Assembly: GCF_004328075.1 (NCBI RefSeq)
Contig: NZ_SJFN01000017.1
Location: 92,725-156,724 of the forward strand
DNA from: Siculibacillus lacustris
GTDB taxonomy: Bacteria; Pseudomonadota; Alphaproteobacteria; Rhizobiales; Ancalomicrobiaceae
Direction: 5' to 3'
DNA: 64,000 nt
Shown here: piece by piece, positions 19,324 to 29,635 of the stretch
Layout: each line of letters starts with the position of its first letter
How positions within the stretch are numbered: the stretch's first letter is position 1
Program-made: the position numbers and the translations under genes
Notes under the pieces: model-generated
What the model was told of the DNA's origin: nothing
The model's input: the letters and a program-made list of their open reading frames with translations, nothing else
Databases searched by the model: none

Positions 19324-20298
19324 TCACTTCGTGTCGATGATCCGGTTCAGCATGTCCTTGAGCTTCGGATCGGGCAGGAACTGGTCGTAGAGGGGCTTCA
19401 TCGCGGCCTGGAACGGCGCCTTGTCGACGGTGATCACCTCGACGCCGGACTTCAGGATGATGGCCTTGGAGGACTCTTCGAGCTCGGCCCACAGCTTGCG
19501 CATGTAGGGCACGGAGTCCTTGGCGGCCTTGCGGACCGCGGCCTTCTCTTCGGCCGTGAAGCCGTCATAGACCTTCTTCGACATCAGCAGCACGTCGGGC
19601 GACATGGAATGGTCGCTCAGCGTGTAGAACTTGGCCACCTCGTAGGCATGCGAGGTCTGGTAGGTCGGCCAGTTGTTCTCGGCGCCGTCGATCAGGCCGG
19701 TCTTCAGACCGGTGAAGACTTCGCCGGTCGGCATCGGGGTCGGGTTGGCGCCGAGCAGCTTCATCATCGCCACCCAGACGTCCGACTGCTGGACGCGGAT
19801 CTTCAGGCCCTTGAGGTCGGCCATGCTGCGGACCGGGTTCTTGGTGTAGAACGACCGCGAACCGGAGTCGTAGAAGGCCAGACCGATCATGCCGTGAGCG
19901 TCGCAGTCGGCGAGGATCTCGTCGCCGATCGGGCCGTCGAGGACCTTGTGCTGATGCTCGAGGTCACGGAACACGAAGGGCAGCACCGGGACGGTCATCG
20001 CCGGGCAGATCGTGTTGAGCGTGCCGGCGCTGACCCGCAGGAATTCGATCGCGCCGAGCTTGATCTGCTCGATGGTGTCCTTTTCCGAGCCGAGCTGCGA
20101 GCTCGGGAACACCTTGATCGTGTACTTGCCGTTGGTCGCCTTGCTGAGCTGCTCGCTGGTGAACTGGATCGCCTTGACGGTCGGGTAGTCCGGCGGCTGA
20201 ACTTCGGCGGCCCGGAACTCACGCGCCTGAACCTGGGCGGTCCCGAGGGCGAGCGCGCCCGCCAGGGCGGCCAGGACCAACTTCTTCGCGAACTTCAT
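19324..20298 (-). CDS. dctP: TRAP transporter substrate-binding protein (DctP family)
   Basis: MKFAKKLVLAALAGALALGTAQVQA signal with GGAGG RBS. The body matches DctP-family binding proteins (…FPSSQLGSEKDTIEQIKLGAIEF…DGAENNWPTY…). Confidence 0.85.
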   Translation of the reverse strand: MKFAKKLVLAALAGALALGTAQVQAREFRAAEVQPPDYPTVKAIQFTSEQLSKATNGKYTIKVFPSSQLGSEKDTIEQIKLGAIEFLRVSAGTLNTICPAMTVPVLPFVFRDLEHQHKVLDGPIGDEILADCDAHGMIGLAFYDSGSRSFYTKNPVRSMADLKGLKIRVQQSDVWVAMMKLLGANPTPMPTGEVFTGLKTGLIDGAENNWPTYQTSHAYEVAKFYTLSDHSMSPDVLLMSKKVYDGFTAEEKAAVRKAAKDSVPYMRKLWAELEESSKAIILKSGVEVITVDKAPFQAAMKPLYDQFLPDPKLKDMLNRIIDTK

Positions 20299-20378
20299 CG
20301 ATATTTCCTCCGTCTTCTTTTCATGTGCGTCGCATGACGCCATGTCCGTCGTGGATCCGCGAGACCCTCGCAAAATCC

Positions 20379-21185
20379 CTAGCGCTCGACCGCGACCACT
20401 GCGATGTCGCAGTCGGAGACGCCCGAAAAGACGATGCGGCCGTGTGAGCCCGGTCGCACCGTGTGGATACCGGTGGTCATGCCGGTGAGGACCACGTCGC
20501 CGGCCGCGAGATGGCGGCCGCGCGTCGCGAGTTGTTCGGCGAGGAACCTGAGGGCGCCGAGCGGCCCCCCGGGCACCGAGGCCGCAGACCCCTCCCCTTC
20601 GACGACGCCGTCGACCAGCATCTTCGAGGCGAAGGCCGCGGGAGCGGTCGTACGCCAACCGGGGAGCTCCGGTCCGACGACCGCGCCGGCGTTGTTGCCG
20701 TGGTCGCAGACGACCGCGACGGGGCCGATGTCGTTGAGGGTGGGCAGCGGGCTGGAGGCGACCTCCGAGCCCGCATGGAGCGAGGCGAGCGCCGCGAGGA
20801 TCGTGGCGTCGTCGAAACCGTCGGGGCCGGGCTCGAGATCGCGGGCGAAGCGCGCCGCGAATTCCGCCTCCAGCGCCGCGAAGCCGCCGTCGTAGACCGT
20901 CACCGTGGCGCCGCCGCCCTGCGGCAGGTCGTGCACGACGTCGGCGTAGATCGGTCCGCAGATTCGGTCGGCGCCGAGGTTGGCGCGCAGATCGGGGCGG
21001 ATCATCGCCACTTTCCAGCCGGCCAAGCGGCGACCGCCGAGGGCGATCGCCCGCTCCTGGACCCGATAGGCGTCGGCGAGCGACGTCGGCAGCGGTCCCG
21101 GAAAGGCATCGAGGATTCGCGCCTCGCGCCGTGCGGCCACGAAGGCCGCGGCGATGGCGTCGATATCCGGCTGCGAAAGATGCAT
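20379..21185 (-). CDS. 2-keto-4-pentenoate / 2-oxohepta-3-ene-1,7-dioate hydratase family protein (MhpD/HpcG-like)
   Basis: 268 aa; AYRVQERAIAL..., GWKVAM..., GPI..., LTGMTTG pattern typical of the hydratase/decarboxylase family. Family-level call only. Confidence 0.55.
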   Translation of the reverse strand: MHLSQPDIDAIAAAFVAARREARILDAFPGPLPTSLADAYRVQERAIALGGRRLAGWKVAMIRPDLRANLGADRICGPIYADVVHDLPQGGGATVTVYDGGFAALEAEFAARFARDLEPGPDGFDDATILAALASLHAGSEVASSPLPTLNDIGPVAVVCDHGNNAGAVVGPELPGWRTTAPAAFASKMLVDGVVEGEGSAASVPGGPLGALRFLAEQLATRGRHLAAGDVVLTGMTTGIHTVRPGSHGRIVFSGVSDCDIAVVAVER

Positions 21186-21369
21186 ATTGGCTGTTCCTCT
21201 CCGCCGCGGGTCATTGCTGGTCCTGCCGGGACCGTGATCCGTCGTTTTGATTTTTGGTATGGTACGCCATTCCCAAGTGGCCGGCTAGTGTGGTATGGCA
21301 GATCTCGTCAGAGATTTCCAGTGGTCAGTGGCCTTACCACTTTACCAGCCTCTGCGCAGATCGGGTAAA

Positions 21370-22092
21370 ATGCAGATGAGAAGTGCTGTGGCCGGCCAGG
21401 GGCCGGACATTCTCGAGCAAGTTGCGATCGCCGGCGCCGAAACGGCCGCTCGGCGGGTCGAACGTGCGATCCGCAAAGCCATCATAATGCTCGAATTTCC
21501 GCCCGGCGCATCGCTGTCGGAGAAGGATCTGGCGGAGCATTACGGCGTGTCGCGCCAACCGGTGCGCGAGGCCTTCATCGCGCTCGCCCGCGCCGAACTG
21601 GTCGAGATCCACCCGCGCCGCGGTACCTTCGTGGTCAAGATCTCCAGCGAACGCATGCGCCAGGCGCGATTCGTGCGCGCGTCGCTCGAGGTCGCGGTGG
21701 TCCGCGCCGCCGCCACCGGCCCCTTCGATCCGAAGGTACGCGAACGCATCGAGCGCCTGCTCGACGCCCAGGAAGAGCTCGCCGCCGACCGCGCCCACTA
21801 CCCGTTCCAGCGCGCCGACGAGAACTTCCACCGGGCGCTCGCCGAGGGCGCCGGCTTTCCCACGGCCTGGGACGTGATCGACGACATCAAGGCCCACATG
21901 GACCGGGTGTGTCACCTCACCCTGCCGCTGCCGCACACCACGCCGCTCCTGCTGCGCCAGCATCGCGACATCGTCGCGGCGATCGACGCCCGCGATCCCG
22001 ACGCCGCCGAACGCGCCATGCGCGACCATCTCGAAGAGATCCTGCGCGCCCTGCCCGAGATCGAAGCCGCGTACGGCGACCTCTTCGCCTGA
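21370..22092 (+). CDS. GntR-family transcriptional regulator (FadR/FCD subfamily)
   Basis: wHTH LSEKDLAEHYGVSRQPVREAFIALARAELVEIHPRRGTFV followed by an FCD-type all-helical effector domain. The start could instead be the earlier in-frame ATG at 21295. Confidence 0.7.
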   Translation: MQMRSAVAGQGPDILEQVAIAGAETAARRVERAIRKAIIMLEFPPGASLSEKDLAEHYGVSRQPVREAFIALARAELVEIHPRRGTFVVKISSERMRQARFVRASLEVAVVRAAATGPFDPKVRERIERLLDAQEELAADRAHYPFQRADENFHRALAEGAGFPTAWDVIDDIKAHMDRVCHLTLPLPHTTPLLLRQHRDIVAAIDARDPDAAERAMRDHLEEILRALPEIEAAYGDLFA

Positions 22093-22149
22093 TCATCGCC
22101 GCCCGCCGGCCCCGCCCGAATTCGTCGTCATCCTCGAAAGGACCCGACA

Positions 22150-22986
22150 TTGGATAACCGTCACGCCGTCCATTACACTCAGGCCGAGACGCTCGGCACC
22201 GAGGAGCTGCGTCAGCACTTCCTGATCGAGAAGCTGTTCGTTCCCGGCGCCATCTCCGCCACCCTGACCCACTATGACCGTCTGCTGCTGCTCGGCATCA
22301 TGCCGACCACCACCCCGCTCGCCTTCGGCGAGGCCGAGGCCAAGCCGGTCGGCACGTCGTTCTTCCTGGAGCGGCGCGAAGTCGGCTTCATCAACATCGG
22401 CGGCCCGGCCCGCATCGTCGCCGACGGCACCACCTGGGAGATCGGCTTCCAGGAGGCGCTCTACCTCGGCATGGGCATCCGCGAGGTGTCCTTCGCCAGC
22501 GTCGATCCGGCCAACCCCGCCAAGCTCTACGGCGCCTCGGCCCCGGCCCACGCCACCCATCCGACCCGCAAGGTGACGATCGACGAGGCGTCGCCCGCCC
22601 CGCTCGGCGCGCAGACCACGGCCAACGCGCGGACGATCTACAAGTATTTCCATCCCGGCCTGCTGCCGACCTGCCAGCTGGTGATGGGGCTGACCCGCCT
22701 CGAGCCGGGCAGCATCTGGAACACCATGCCGGCGCATACCCACGATCGCCGCATGGAGGCCTACCTCTATTTCGAGCTGCCCGCCGACGCCTTCGTCGTC
22801 CACCTGATGGGCCGGCCGCAGAACACCCGCCATCTGATGATCCGCAACGAGCAGGTCGCGGTGTCGCCGCCGTGGTCGATCCACAGCGGCGCCGGCACCT
22901 CGGCCTATGCCTTCATCTGGGCCATGGCCGGCGACAATCAGTCCTTCGCCGACATGGACCACATCCCGATGGGAGAACTGCTGTGA
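22150..22986 (+). CDS. kduI: 5-dehydro-4-deoxy-D-glucuronate isomerase KduI
   Basis: Near full-length collinearity with E. coli KduI: FFLERREVGFINIGG, CQLVMGLTRLEPGSIWNTMPAHTHDRRMEAYLYF, VSPPWSIHSGAGTSAYAFIWAMAGDNQSFADMDH. Confidence 0.9.
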   Translation: MDNRHAVHYTQAETLGTEELRQHFLIEKLFVPGAISATLTHYDRLLLLGIMPTTTPLAFGEAEAKPVGTSFFLERREVGFINIGGPARIVADGTTWEIGFQEALYLGMGIREVSFASVDPANPAKLYGASAPAHATHPTRKVTIDEASPAPLGAQTTANARTIYKYFHPGLLPTCQLVMGLTRLEPGSIWNTMPAHTHDRRMEAYLYFELPADAFVVHLMGRPQNTRHLMIRNEQVAVSPPWSIHSGAGTSAYAFIWAMAGDNQSFADMDHIPMGELL

Positions 22987-23747
22987 GCGGTACCAATCTG
23001 TTCGATCTGACCGGCAAGACCGCGTTGGTCACCGGTTGCCGCGCCGGTCTCGGCCTCGGCATGGCCAAGGCCCTGGCCTCGGCCGGTGCCGACATCGTCG
23101 GGGCCGACTACATGGAAATGGGTCAGGCCCAGGCCGAGATCGAGGCGATGGGGCGCCGGTTCCACGGCGTCGTCGCCGACTTCGGCAAGCCGATCGACTT
23201 CCATGCGATGGTGGCGAAGATCGAGGCGGACTTCGCGCCGGTCGACATCCTGATCAACAACGCCGGCATCATCCGCCGCGCCGACGTCCTCGAGTTCACC
23301 GAAGAGGACTGGGACGCGGTGATGAACATCAACATCCGTGCCGCCTTCTTCATCGCGCAAGCCGTGGCCAAGCGGATCGTGGCGCGCGGTGTGCCGGGCC
23401 GGATCATATCGACCGCCTCGCTGCTGGCCTTCCAGGGCGGCATCCGGGTGCCGTCCTATACCGCGTCGAAGCACGGGATCGCCGGCATCACCAAGCTGCT
23501 CGCCAACGAGTTGGCCGGCAAGGGGATCACCGCCAACGCCATCGCGCCGGGCTACATGGCGACCGACAACACCACGGCGCTGCGCGCCGACGCAGTGCGC
23601 GAGCGCCAGATCGTCGAACGGATTCCCGCCGGTCGCTGGGGCCTGCCCGAAGATCTCGCGACCACGGTGCTGTTCCTCGCCTCGCCGCACTCCGGCTACG
23701 TCAACGGCATCGTCGTGCCGGTCGACGGCGGCTGGCTGGCGCGCTGA
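22983..23747 (+). CDS. kduD: 2-dehydro-3-deoxy-D-gluconate 5-dehydrogenase KduD (SDR)
   Basis: GTG start overlapping the kduI stop; GKTALVTGCRAGLGLGMA (Rossmann), NNAG, YTASKHGIAGITK (YxxxK), IPAGRWGLPEDL, VDGGWLAR, collinear with E. coli KduD. Confidence 0.9.
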   Translation: MSGTNLFDLTGKTALVTGCRAGLGLGMAKALASAGADIVGADYMEMGQAQAEIEAMGRRFHGVVADFGKPIDFHAMVAKIEADFAPVDILINNAGIIRRADVLEFTEEDWDAVMNINIRAAFFIAQAVAKRIVARGVPGRIISTASLLAFQGGIRVPSYTASKHGIAGITKLLANELAGKGITANAIAPGYMATDNTTALRADAVRERQIVERIPAGRWGLPEDLATTVLFLASPHSGYVNGIVVPVDGGWLAR

Positions 23748-23770
23748 CGCGTCGGTCATCGCAGGATACG

Positions 23771-23800
23771 CGAAGGGCGCCGGGCAACCGGCGCCCTTCG
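23771..23800. terminator. 13-bp perfect stem-loop between convergent kduD and hflX; candidate bidirectional terminator
   Basis: cgaagggcgccgg-gcaa-ccggcgcccttcg, 24-50 nt beyond each stop codon. Confidence 0.45.
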
Positions 23801-23831
23801 GCGTTCAGGAACCTGTGCGGAAACCGCCGAT

Positions 23832-25238
23832 TCAGGCCAAGGGATCGAACGGCACCAGCGGCCGATTCTTCTCGACCGGCTCGGCGACCACCCGTCCGTG
23901 CACTTCGCGGATGAAGCGGCCGGCGCGCGAGCGGAACAGATCGAGCGACTTGGCCGGCACCCGCAGGCTGAGCGAGGTCGCGCCGTCGAGATCCTCGCGC
24001 GCCACGACTTCCGCCGAGCGATAGAGCCAAGCCTGCAATTCGCCTTCGGCCGCCGGGATCTCGACGCGGAACACCGCGCGGTCGCGGTTGAGCCGCTGTT
24101 CGACGAGCTCCAGCAGGGCCGGGACGCCGTCGCCGGTCACCGCCGAACACGGGGCCGCGGTCGGCCCGTCGAGCGCCGCCCGCGTCCCCTCGTCGAGGAG
24201 CAGGGCGCGCCGTTCGGGGTCGAGCTTGTCGATCTTGTTCCACACTTCGACGACGCGGTCGCGATCGGTGACGTCGACCCCGAGCTGGGCCAGCACCGTC
24301 TCGACGTCCTTGGCCTGGGCGGCGCTGTCCTCGTGGGAAATGTCGCGGACGTGGAGGATCAGATCGGCCTCGATCACCTCTTCCAGCGTCGCCCGGAAGG
24401 CAGCGACCAGGGTGGTCGGCAGATCGGAGACGAAGCCGACGGTGTCGGACAGGATCACCTCGCCGCCGTGCGGCAGGCGCACCTGACGCAGCGTCGGATC
24501 GAGGGTCGCGAACAGCAGGTCCTTGGCGAAGACGTCGGACGAAGTCAGGAGATTGAACAGGGTCGACTTGCCGGCGTTGGTGTAGCCGACCAGCGCCACG
24601 ACCGGATGCGGCACCTTGCGGCGGTTCTTGCGATGGAGCGCGCGCGTCCGGGCGACGCTCTCGAGATCGCGCTCGAGCTTGGCGATGCGCTCCTGGATCT
24701 GCCGCCGGTCGGCCTCGATCTGGGTTTCGCCGGGGCCGCCGAGGAAGCCGAAGCCGCCGCGCTGGCGCTCCAGATGGGTCCAGGACCGCACCAGCCGGCT
24801 CTTCTGATAGGTGAGATGGGCGAGCTCGACCTGCAGCCGCCCTTCCTTGGTCTGGGCGCGCTCGCCGAAGATCTCCAGAATCAGGCCGGTGCGGTCGAGC
24901 ACCTTGGCGCCCCAGGCCTTCTCGAGATTGCGCTGCTGGATCGGGGTCAGCGGATGGTCGACGATCACCAGCTCGATGGTGTCGGCCTCGATCATCGCCT
25001 TGATCTCGTCGACCTTGCCGGTCCCGAACAGGGTGGCCGGCCGCGGCGCGGTGATCTTGACCGTCGGATCGCCGATGACGTTCAGTTCGATCGCCCGGGC
25101 CAGTCCGACCGCCTCTTCACGACGCGCATCGAGCGAGCGCGGGGCCACCGTCCCTCCCCCGACGTCGCCGCGATGATGCGGCGGTGTGCGCCACGGCACC
25201 ACCACCAGGGCACGCGTCGGCTGACGGTCGCGGGCCAT
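23832..25238 (-). CDS. hflX: GTPase HflX
   Basis: N-terminal HflX domain (...[32 protein letters not shown]), G-domain [25 protein letters not shown]. Start at the ATG ([14 protein letters not shown]) by alignment to the E. coli HflX N-terminus; the TTG 23 codons upstream is less likely. Confidence 0.85.
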   Translation of the reverse strand: MARDRQPTRALVVVPWRTPPHHRGDVGGGTVAPRSLDARREEAVGLARAIELNVIGDPTVKITAPRPATLFGTGKVDEIKAMIEADTIELVIVDHPLTPIQQRNLEKAWGAKVLDRTGLILEIFGERAQTKEGRLQVELAHLTYQKSRLVRSWTHLERQRGGFGFLGGPGETQIEADRRQIQERIAKLERDLESVARTRALHRKNRRKVPHPVVALVGYTNAGKSTLFNLLTSSDVFAKDLLFATLDPTLRQVRLPHGGEVILSDTVGFVSDLPTTLVAAFRATLEEVIEADLILHVRDISHEDSAAQAKDVETVLAQLGVDVTDRDRVVEVWNKIDKLDPERRALLLDEGTRAALDGPTAAPCSAVTGDGVPALLELVEQRLNRDRAVFRVEIPAAEGELQAWLYRSAEVVAREDLDGATSLSLRVPAKSLDLFRSRAGRFIREVHGRVVAEPVEKNRPLVPFDPLA

Positions 25239-25323
25239 GGCCTTCTGCGTCCGTTCGTTCCGGCGTTCCCGATCGGTCTCTTCCGAGCCGTCGTCTGGAT
25301 CGCTCAAAGGCGGCTGTCCTGGG

Positions 25324-25563
25324 TCAAGCGTCTTCCGAGGGTTCGAACAACTGCACCGGTCCGCCCGGCATCACGGTCGAGATCGCATGCTTGTACACGA
25401 GCTGCGAGTGTCCGTCGCGACGCAGGAGGACACAGAAATTGTCGAACCAGGTCACGACTCCCTGCAGCTTGACGCCGTTGATGAGGAAGATCGTCACCGG
25501 GGTTTTGTTCTTACGAACGAAGTTGAGGAACGTGTCCTGGAGATTGGGAGCGCGGTCCGCCAT
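25324..25563 (-). CDS. hfq: RNA chaperone Hfq
   Basis: [64 protein letters not shown], the canonical Sm1/Sm2 sequence. The hfq-hflX linkage is conserved. Confidence 0.95.
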   Translation of the reverse strand: MADRAPNLQDTFLNFVRKNKTPVTIFLINGVKLQGVVTWFDNFCVLLRRDGHSQLVYKHAISTVMPGGPVQLFEPSEDA

Positions 25564-25840
25564 ATGTTACGACCTCTTTTGAATTCGATTTTGTGTCGCG
25601 AGGTTCCCGCCACGTAGCGAGCGGGTTGTCACCCGTTCGTCACGGGCGCCTCGGGGTCCAGCCATACAAGATAGAGCGGCACACCGGCTTCGAACAGTCT
25701 GCTGTGCGCATGGCTGCCCGAGAAGTGCGCAATTGCAACAGTTGCCGGTCGATTGTGCTTCCCGCGCAACGGCGATGCAGCGAAACCACGGGCGGCCGCC
25801 TTCGCAATCCCCCGTCGCGCCGTCGACGGCGATTCTCCGA

Positions 25841-27208
25841 TCAACCGACCCCGAGCGACTTCAACTTGCGGTGCAGCGCCGAACGCTCCATGCCGACGAA
25901 CTCGGCGGTGCGCGAGATGTTGCCGCCGAAGCGGTTGATCTGGGCCACCAGATATTCGCGCTCGAAGATCTCGCGGGCGTCGCGCAGCGGCAGGCTCATC
26001 AGGTGCTCACCGCCGGTCGAAGTCGGCAGCGCCGGCAACATCGCGCCGATCTCGGCCGGCAACAGGTCGGCGGTGATCACCGCGTCGGGGTCGCCGCGGG
26101 TCAGAATCAACAGCCGTTCGACGTTGTTGCGGAGTTGCCGGATGTTGCCCGGCCAGTCGTGGGCCTGCAGCACCGCCATGGCGTCCTCGCCGATCTTGCG
26201 GATCGGCAGGCCCGAGGCGCGCGAGATCTGCTCCATGAAATAATCGACGAAATGCGGGATGTCGTCGCGTCGTTCGGCCAACGACGGCACCCGGATCGGC
26301 ACCACGGCGAGGCGGTGGAACAGGTCCTCGCGGAACCGCCCTTCCTGGATTTCGCGCGGCAGGTCGCGGGCAGTCGAGGAGACCACACGCACGTCGACCT
26401 GGACCTTGGTCGAGCCGCCGACCCGGGTGAAGCTCTGTTCGACCAGGACCCGCAGGATCTTGCTCTGCGTCTCGCGCGGCATGTCGGCGACTTCGTCGAG
26501 ATAGAGGGTGCCGCCGTGGGCCTCCTCGAGCGCACCAATCTTGCGCCCCGCCCCGGTGTCCTGTTCGGTGCCGAACAGCTCGACCTCCATGCGGTCGGGG
26601 GTGATCGCCGCGGCGTTGAGCGCCACGAAGGGGCCGCTCGCCCGGAGCGACATGGCGTGGATGGTGCGCGCCGCCATCTCCTTGCCCGAGCCCGAGGGGC
26701 CGGTGATCAGGATGCGGCTGTTGGTCGGGGCGACCCGCTCGATCTGCTGGCGCAGTTGATGGATGGTGGTCGAGGTGCCGAGCATCTCCTGCGAGGCGCC
26801 GGTGCGCTCGCGCAGTTCCTTGACCTCGCGCTTGAGTTTCGACGCCTCGAGCGCCCGCTCGGCGATCAGCACCAGCCGATCGGCCTTGAACGGCTTTTCG
26901 ATGTAGTCGTAGGCGCCGCGCTTGATCGCCGAGACCGCGGTCTCGACGTTGCCGTGGCCGGAGATGATCACCACCGGCAGGTCCGGGTGCTGGCCCTTGA
27001 CCACGTCGAGCAGCGCCAGCCCGTCGAGCCGGCTGCCCTGCATCCAGATGTCGAGAAACACCAGCGACGGTCGCCGCTTCTCGATCGCCGCCAGGCATTC
27101 GTCGCTGTTGCCGGCGGTCCGGGTGCCGTGGCCCTCGTCCTCGAGGATGCCCGAGACCAGGTCGCGGATGTCTTTCTCGTCGTCGACGATGAGGATGTCA
27201 GACGCCAT
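25841..27208 (-). CDS. ntrX: Sigma-54-dependent response regulator NtrX
   Basis: REC (MASDILIVDDEKDIRDL...DIWMQG), AAA+ sigma-54 activator (ITGPSGSGKE..., GAFTGA-like ESELFG, GNIRQLRN), C-terminal Fis-type HTH. Overlaps the ntrY stop. Confidence 0.85.
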   Translation of the reverse strand: MASDILIVDDEKDIRDLVSGILEDEGHGTRTAGNSDECLAAIEKRRPSLVFLDIWMQGSRLDGLALLDVVKGQHPDLPVVIISGHGNVETAVSAIKRGAYDYIEKPFKADRLVLIAERALEASKLKREVKELRERTGASQEMLGTSTTIHQLRQQIERVAPTNSRILITGPSGSGKEMAARTIHAMSLRASGPFVALNAAAITPDRMEVELFGTEQDTGAGRKIGALEEAHGGTLYLDEVADMPRETQSKILRVLVEQSFTRVGGSTKVQVDVRVVSSTARDLPREIQEGRFREDLFHRLAVVPIRVPSLAERRDDIPHFVDYFMEQISRASGLPIRKIGEDAMAVLQAHDWPGNIRQLRNNVERLLILTRGDPDAVITADLLPAEIGAMLPALPTSTGGEHLMSLPLRDAREIFEREYLVAQINRFGGNISRTAEFVGMERSALHRKLKSLGVG

Positions 27209-29480
27209 CTGTGGGCACTTCGCTGTCGGTTGTGGAAATGGAAGCGGTCGGAGCAGGCGCGGAGGGCGGAAGGGTACGGGTCGAGGTTTCGTCTTCGGGC
27301 ACGCCGGCTTCCGGCAACAGCAGCCGCACCAGGGTGCCGCGGCCGCCGGAGGCCACGGCGGGCGCATCGACCAGATCGATGCGACCGCGATGGTCCTCGA
27401 CGATCTTGCGGACGATCGCGAGCCCGAGGCCGGTGCCCTTCTCGCGGGTGGTCACGTAGGGCTCGAGCAGACGGTGACGGTTCTCGGCGGGCAGGCCGAT
27501 GCCGTCGTCGATCACCTCGACGACGATGCCCTCGGGCGTCCGTCGCAGACGCGCCTCGACGTGGCCGCCCGCTCCGCCGTCGCCGGTCACCGCCTCGATC
27601 GCCTCGCAGGCGTTCTTGACGATGTTGGTGAAGGCCTGGAGCAGCAGCCGCTGATCGAAGCGCCCGAGCACCGGGATGTCGGGCAGATCGGTGTGGAAGA
27701 CGATGTCGGGCTTGGCCACCGCCATCAGGAATACCGCCTCGCGCAGCGCCTCGCCAACGTCCGCGGCGACCAATTGGGGCTTGGGCATCCGCGCGAACGA
27801 GGCGAACTCGTTGACCATCCGCTCGATGTCGCCGACTTGACGGATGATCGTGTCGATGCACTGATCGAACACCCCGCGGTCGTCCTCGATGCGCTTGCCG
27901 TAGCGCCGCTTGAGGCGCTCGGCGGAGAGCTGGATCGGGGTCAGCGGGTTCTTGATCTCGTGGGCGATACGCCGCGCCACGTCGGCCCAGGCCGAGGAGC
28001 GCTGGGCGGCGACCAGATCGGTGATGTCGTCGAGCGTCACCACGTAGCTGCGGCCGATGGCGTCGGAGGCCTCGCGGGTCAACCGCGCCGTGATCGTCTG
28101 TTCGCGGCCCGCCCGGCGCAGCGTGATCTGCCCCTGATGCGGTCGCGGCGTCTCGTCGCCGAGCGCCGCCTCGAGGATCGGCCCGAGTTCCGGCGCGACC
28201 TCGAAGACCCGCGCGCCGATCAGGTCGGCTTCGGGGGTCGCCAGCAGCGTCGTTGCGGTGCGGTTGGCCAGCGTGATGCGGCCCTCCGCGTCGATGCCGA
28301 GCACCCCGGCGTCGACCCCGGCCAGCACCGCCTCGGTGAAGCGACGGCGCCGGTCGATCTGATCCTTGGCGGCGATCAACTCGGCGCGCTGGCCGCGCAA
28401 TTCATTGGTCATGGTGTTGAAGGTCTCGGCGAGATGGGCGAGGTCTCCCTCCTTGCGCCGCACCGGCACCTGCACCGCCAGATGGCCCTTGGAGACGTAG
28501 TCGGCGGCGAGGATCAGCCGGCGGATCGGCGACACCAGCCGATTGGCGAAGCCGATGCCGATCCAGATCGCGGCGATCAGGAAGATGAAGGCGACGCCGA
28601 CGAAGATCAGGCCGAAGGCCAGTTGCGCACCGAAGCGGCTCGATTCGAGCTGGCGATAGTCGCCCGCCGCCGCCTGGGCCTGATGCAGCGGCCCGAGCAC
28701 GACCGGATCGAGCGGTCGCGTCACGTAGAGATAGGTGTCCTCGAATTCGCCGAGCTTGGTGATCACGCCGACCTGGCTGGACGCCCCGGGGGTCAACACG
28801 ATCGGCTCGCCCTGGGCCGCCTCGACCATCGCCTCGGGCGGCGGCATCAGAGGCTCCGTCCATTCCGGGGCCAACAGGGTTCGGGTGATGATCGTGCCGT
28901 CGGCGGCGAGCAGGAACACCGCCGGCAGGCCGCGCAGCCGCGCCTGGGTCATCATCAGCGCATCGAAGCGGTCGGGCTCGCTGTCGTAGAGCGCCTTGGC
29001 GCGGTCGACGTCGGTGGCCATGGCGATGGCGTCGGCGCGGATCGCCCGGCCGTGTTCGCGGATATAGGCCTCGCCGACCTGGGCGGCGCTCTCGACGATG
29101 GTCCGGGTGCGGTCTTCGAACCAACGGTCGAGGCCGCGGTCGAGGGTCACCGAGGCGAGGATCGCGACGATCAGCGCCGGCGCCGCGGCGACCGCCGAGA
29201 ACACCCCGATCACCCTGAGATGCAGGTTGGCGGCGGCGCGGCCCGCTCGCCAGGCGACCCACAGGCCGACCAGTTCCCAGGTGATCAACCCGGTCAGGAC
29301 CGCCAGGAACACCGCGTTGACGGTCAGGGTGACGCGCACCACGGCGGAGGTCGGGACGATCCGGGTCATGCCGGTGAGGATCGCGAAGGAGGCGACGACG
29401 GTCGCCAGGGCGATCACCGTCAGCACCAGCCCGAGCTTGCGCATCCGTCGCGTCGCGTCGCCGACGGGGGCGATCGCCAT
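27198..29480 (-). CDS. ntrY: Sensor histidine kinase NtrY
   Basis: N-terminal multi-TM sensor, HAMP, PAS, HisKA ([20 protein letters not shown]), HATPase_c (DDGIGLP...GTGLGLAIVRKIVEDHRG). Start ambiguous: ATG at 29480 is used, GTG at 29531 is the alternative. Confidence 0.8.
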   Translation of the reverse strand: MAIAPVGDATRRMRKLGLVLTVIALATVVASFAILTGMTRIVPTSAVVRVTLTVNAVFLAVLTGLITWELVGLWVAWRAGRAAANLHLRVIGVFSAVAAAPALIVAILASVTLDRGLDRWFEDRTRTIVESAAQVGEAYIREHGRAIRADAIAMATDVDRAKALYDSEPDRFDALMMTQARLRGLPAVFLLAADGTIITRTLLAPEWTEPLMPPPEAMVEAAQGEPIVLTPGASSQVGVITKLGEFEDTYLYVTRPLDPVVLGPLHQAQAAAGDYRQLESSRFGAQLAFGLIFVGVAFIFLIAAIWIGIGFANRLVSPIRRLILAADYVSKGHLAVQVPVRRKEGDLAHLAETFNTMTNELRGQRAELIAAKDQIDRRRRFTEAVLAGVDAGVLGIDAEGRITLANRTATTLLATPEADLIGARVFEVAPELGPILEAALGDETPRPHQGQITLRRAGREQTITARLTREASDAIGRSYVVTLDDITDLVAAQRSSAWADVARRIAHEIKNPLTPIQLSAERLKRRYGKRIEDDRGVFDQCIDTIIRQVGDIERMVNEFASFARMPKPQLVAADVGEALREAVFLMAVAKPDIVFHTDLPDIPVLGRFDQRLLLQAFTNIVKNACEAIEAVTGDGGAGGHVEARLRRTPEGIVVEVIDDGIGLPAENRHRLLEPYVTTREKGTGLGLAIVRKIVEDHRGRIDLVDAPAVASGGRGTLVRLLLPEAGVPEDETSTRTLPPSAPAPTASISTTDSEVPTDGV

Positions 29481-29635
29481 CTTCGGGATGGTCAGAATCG
29501 GCTGCTGGTCCAAAGCGTACTCCCACCGCACGACGCGACGCCGCTCGCGCGGGGAATCGCCGGCCCTGTCTCGCCCTCTATTGTTGCCGAATTACGGCAG
29601 TGTTGCCACGACACAACAGCGCCTGCGGCAACCGG

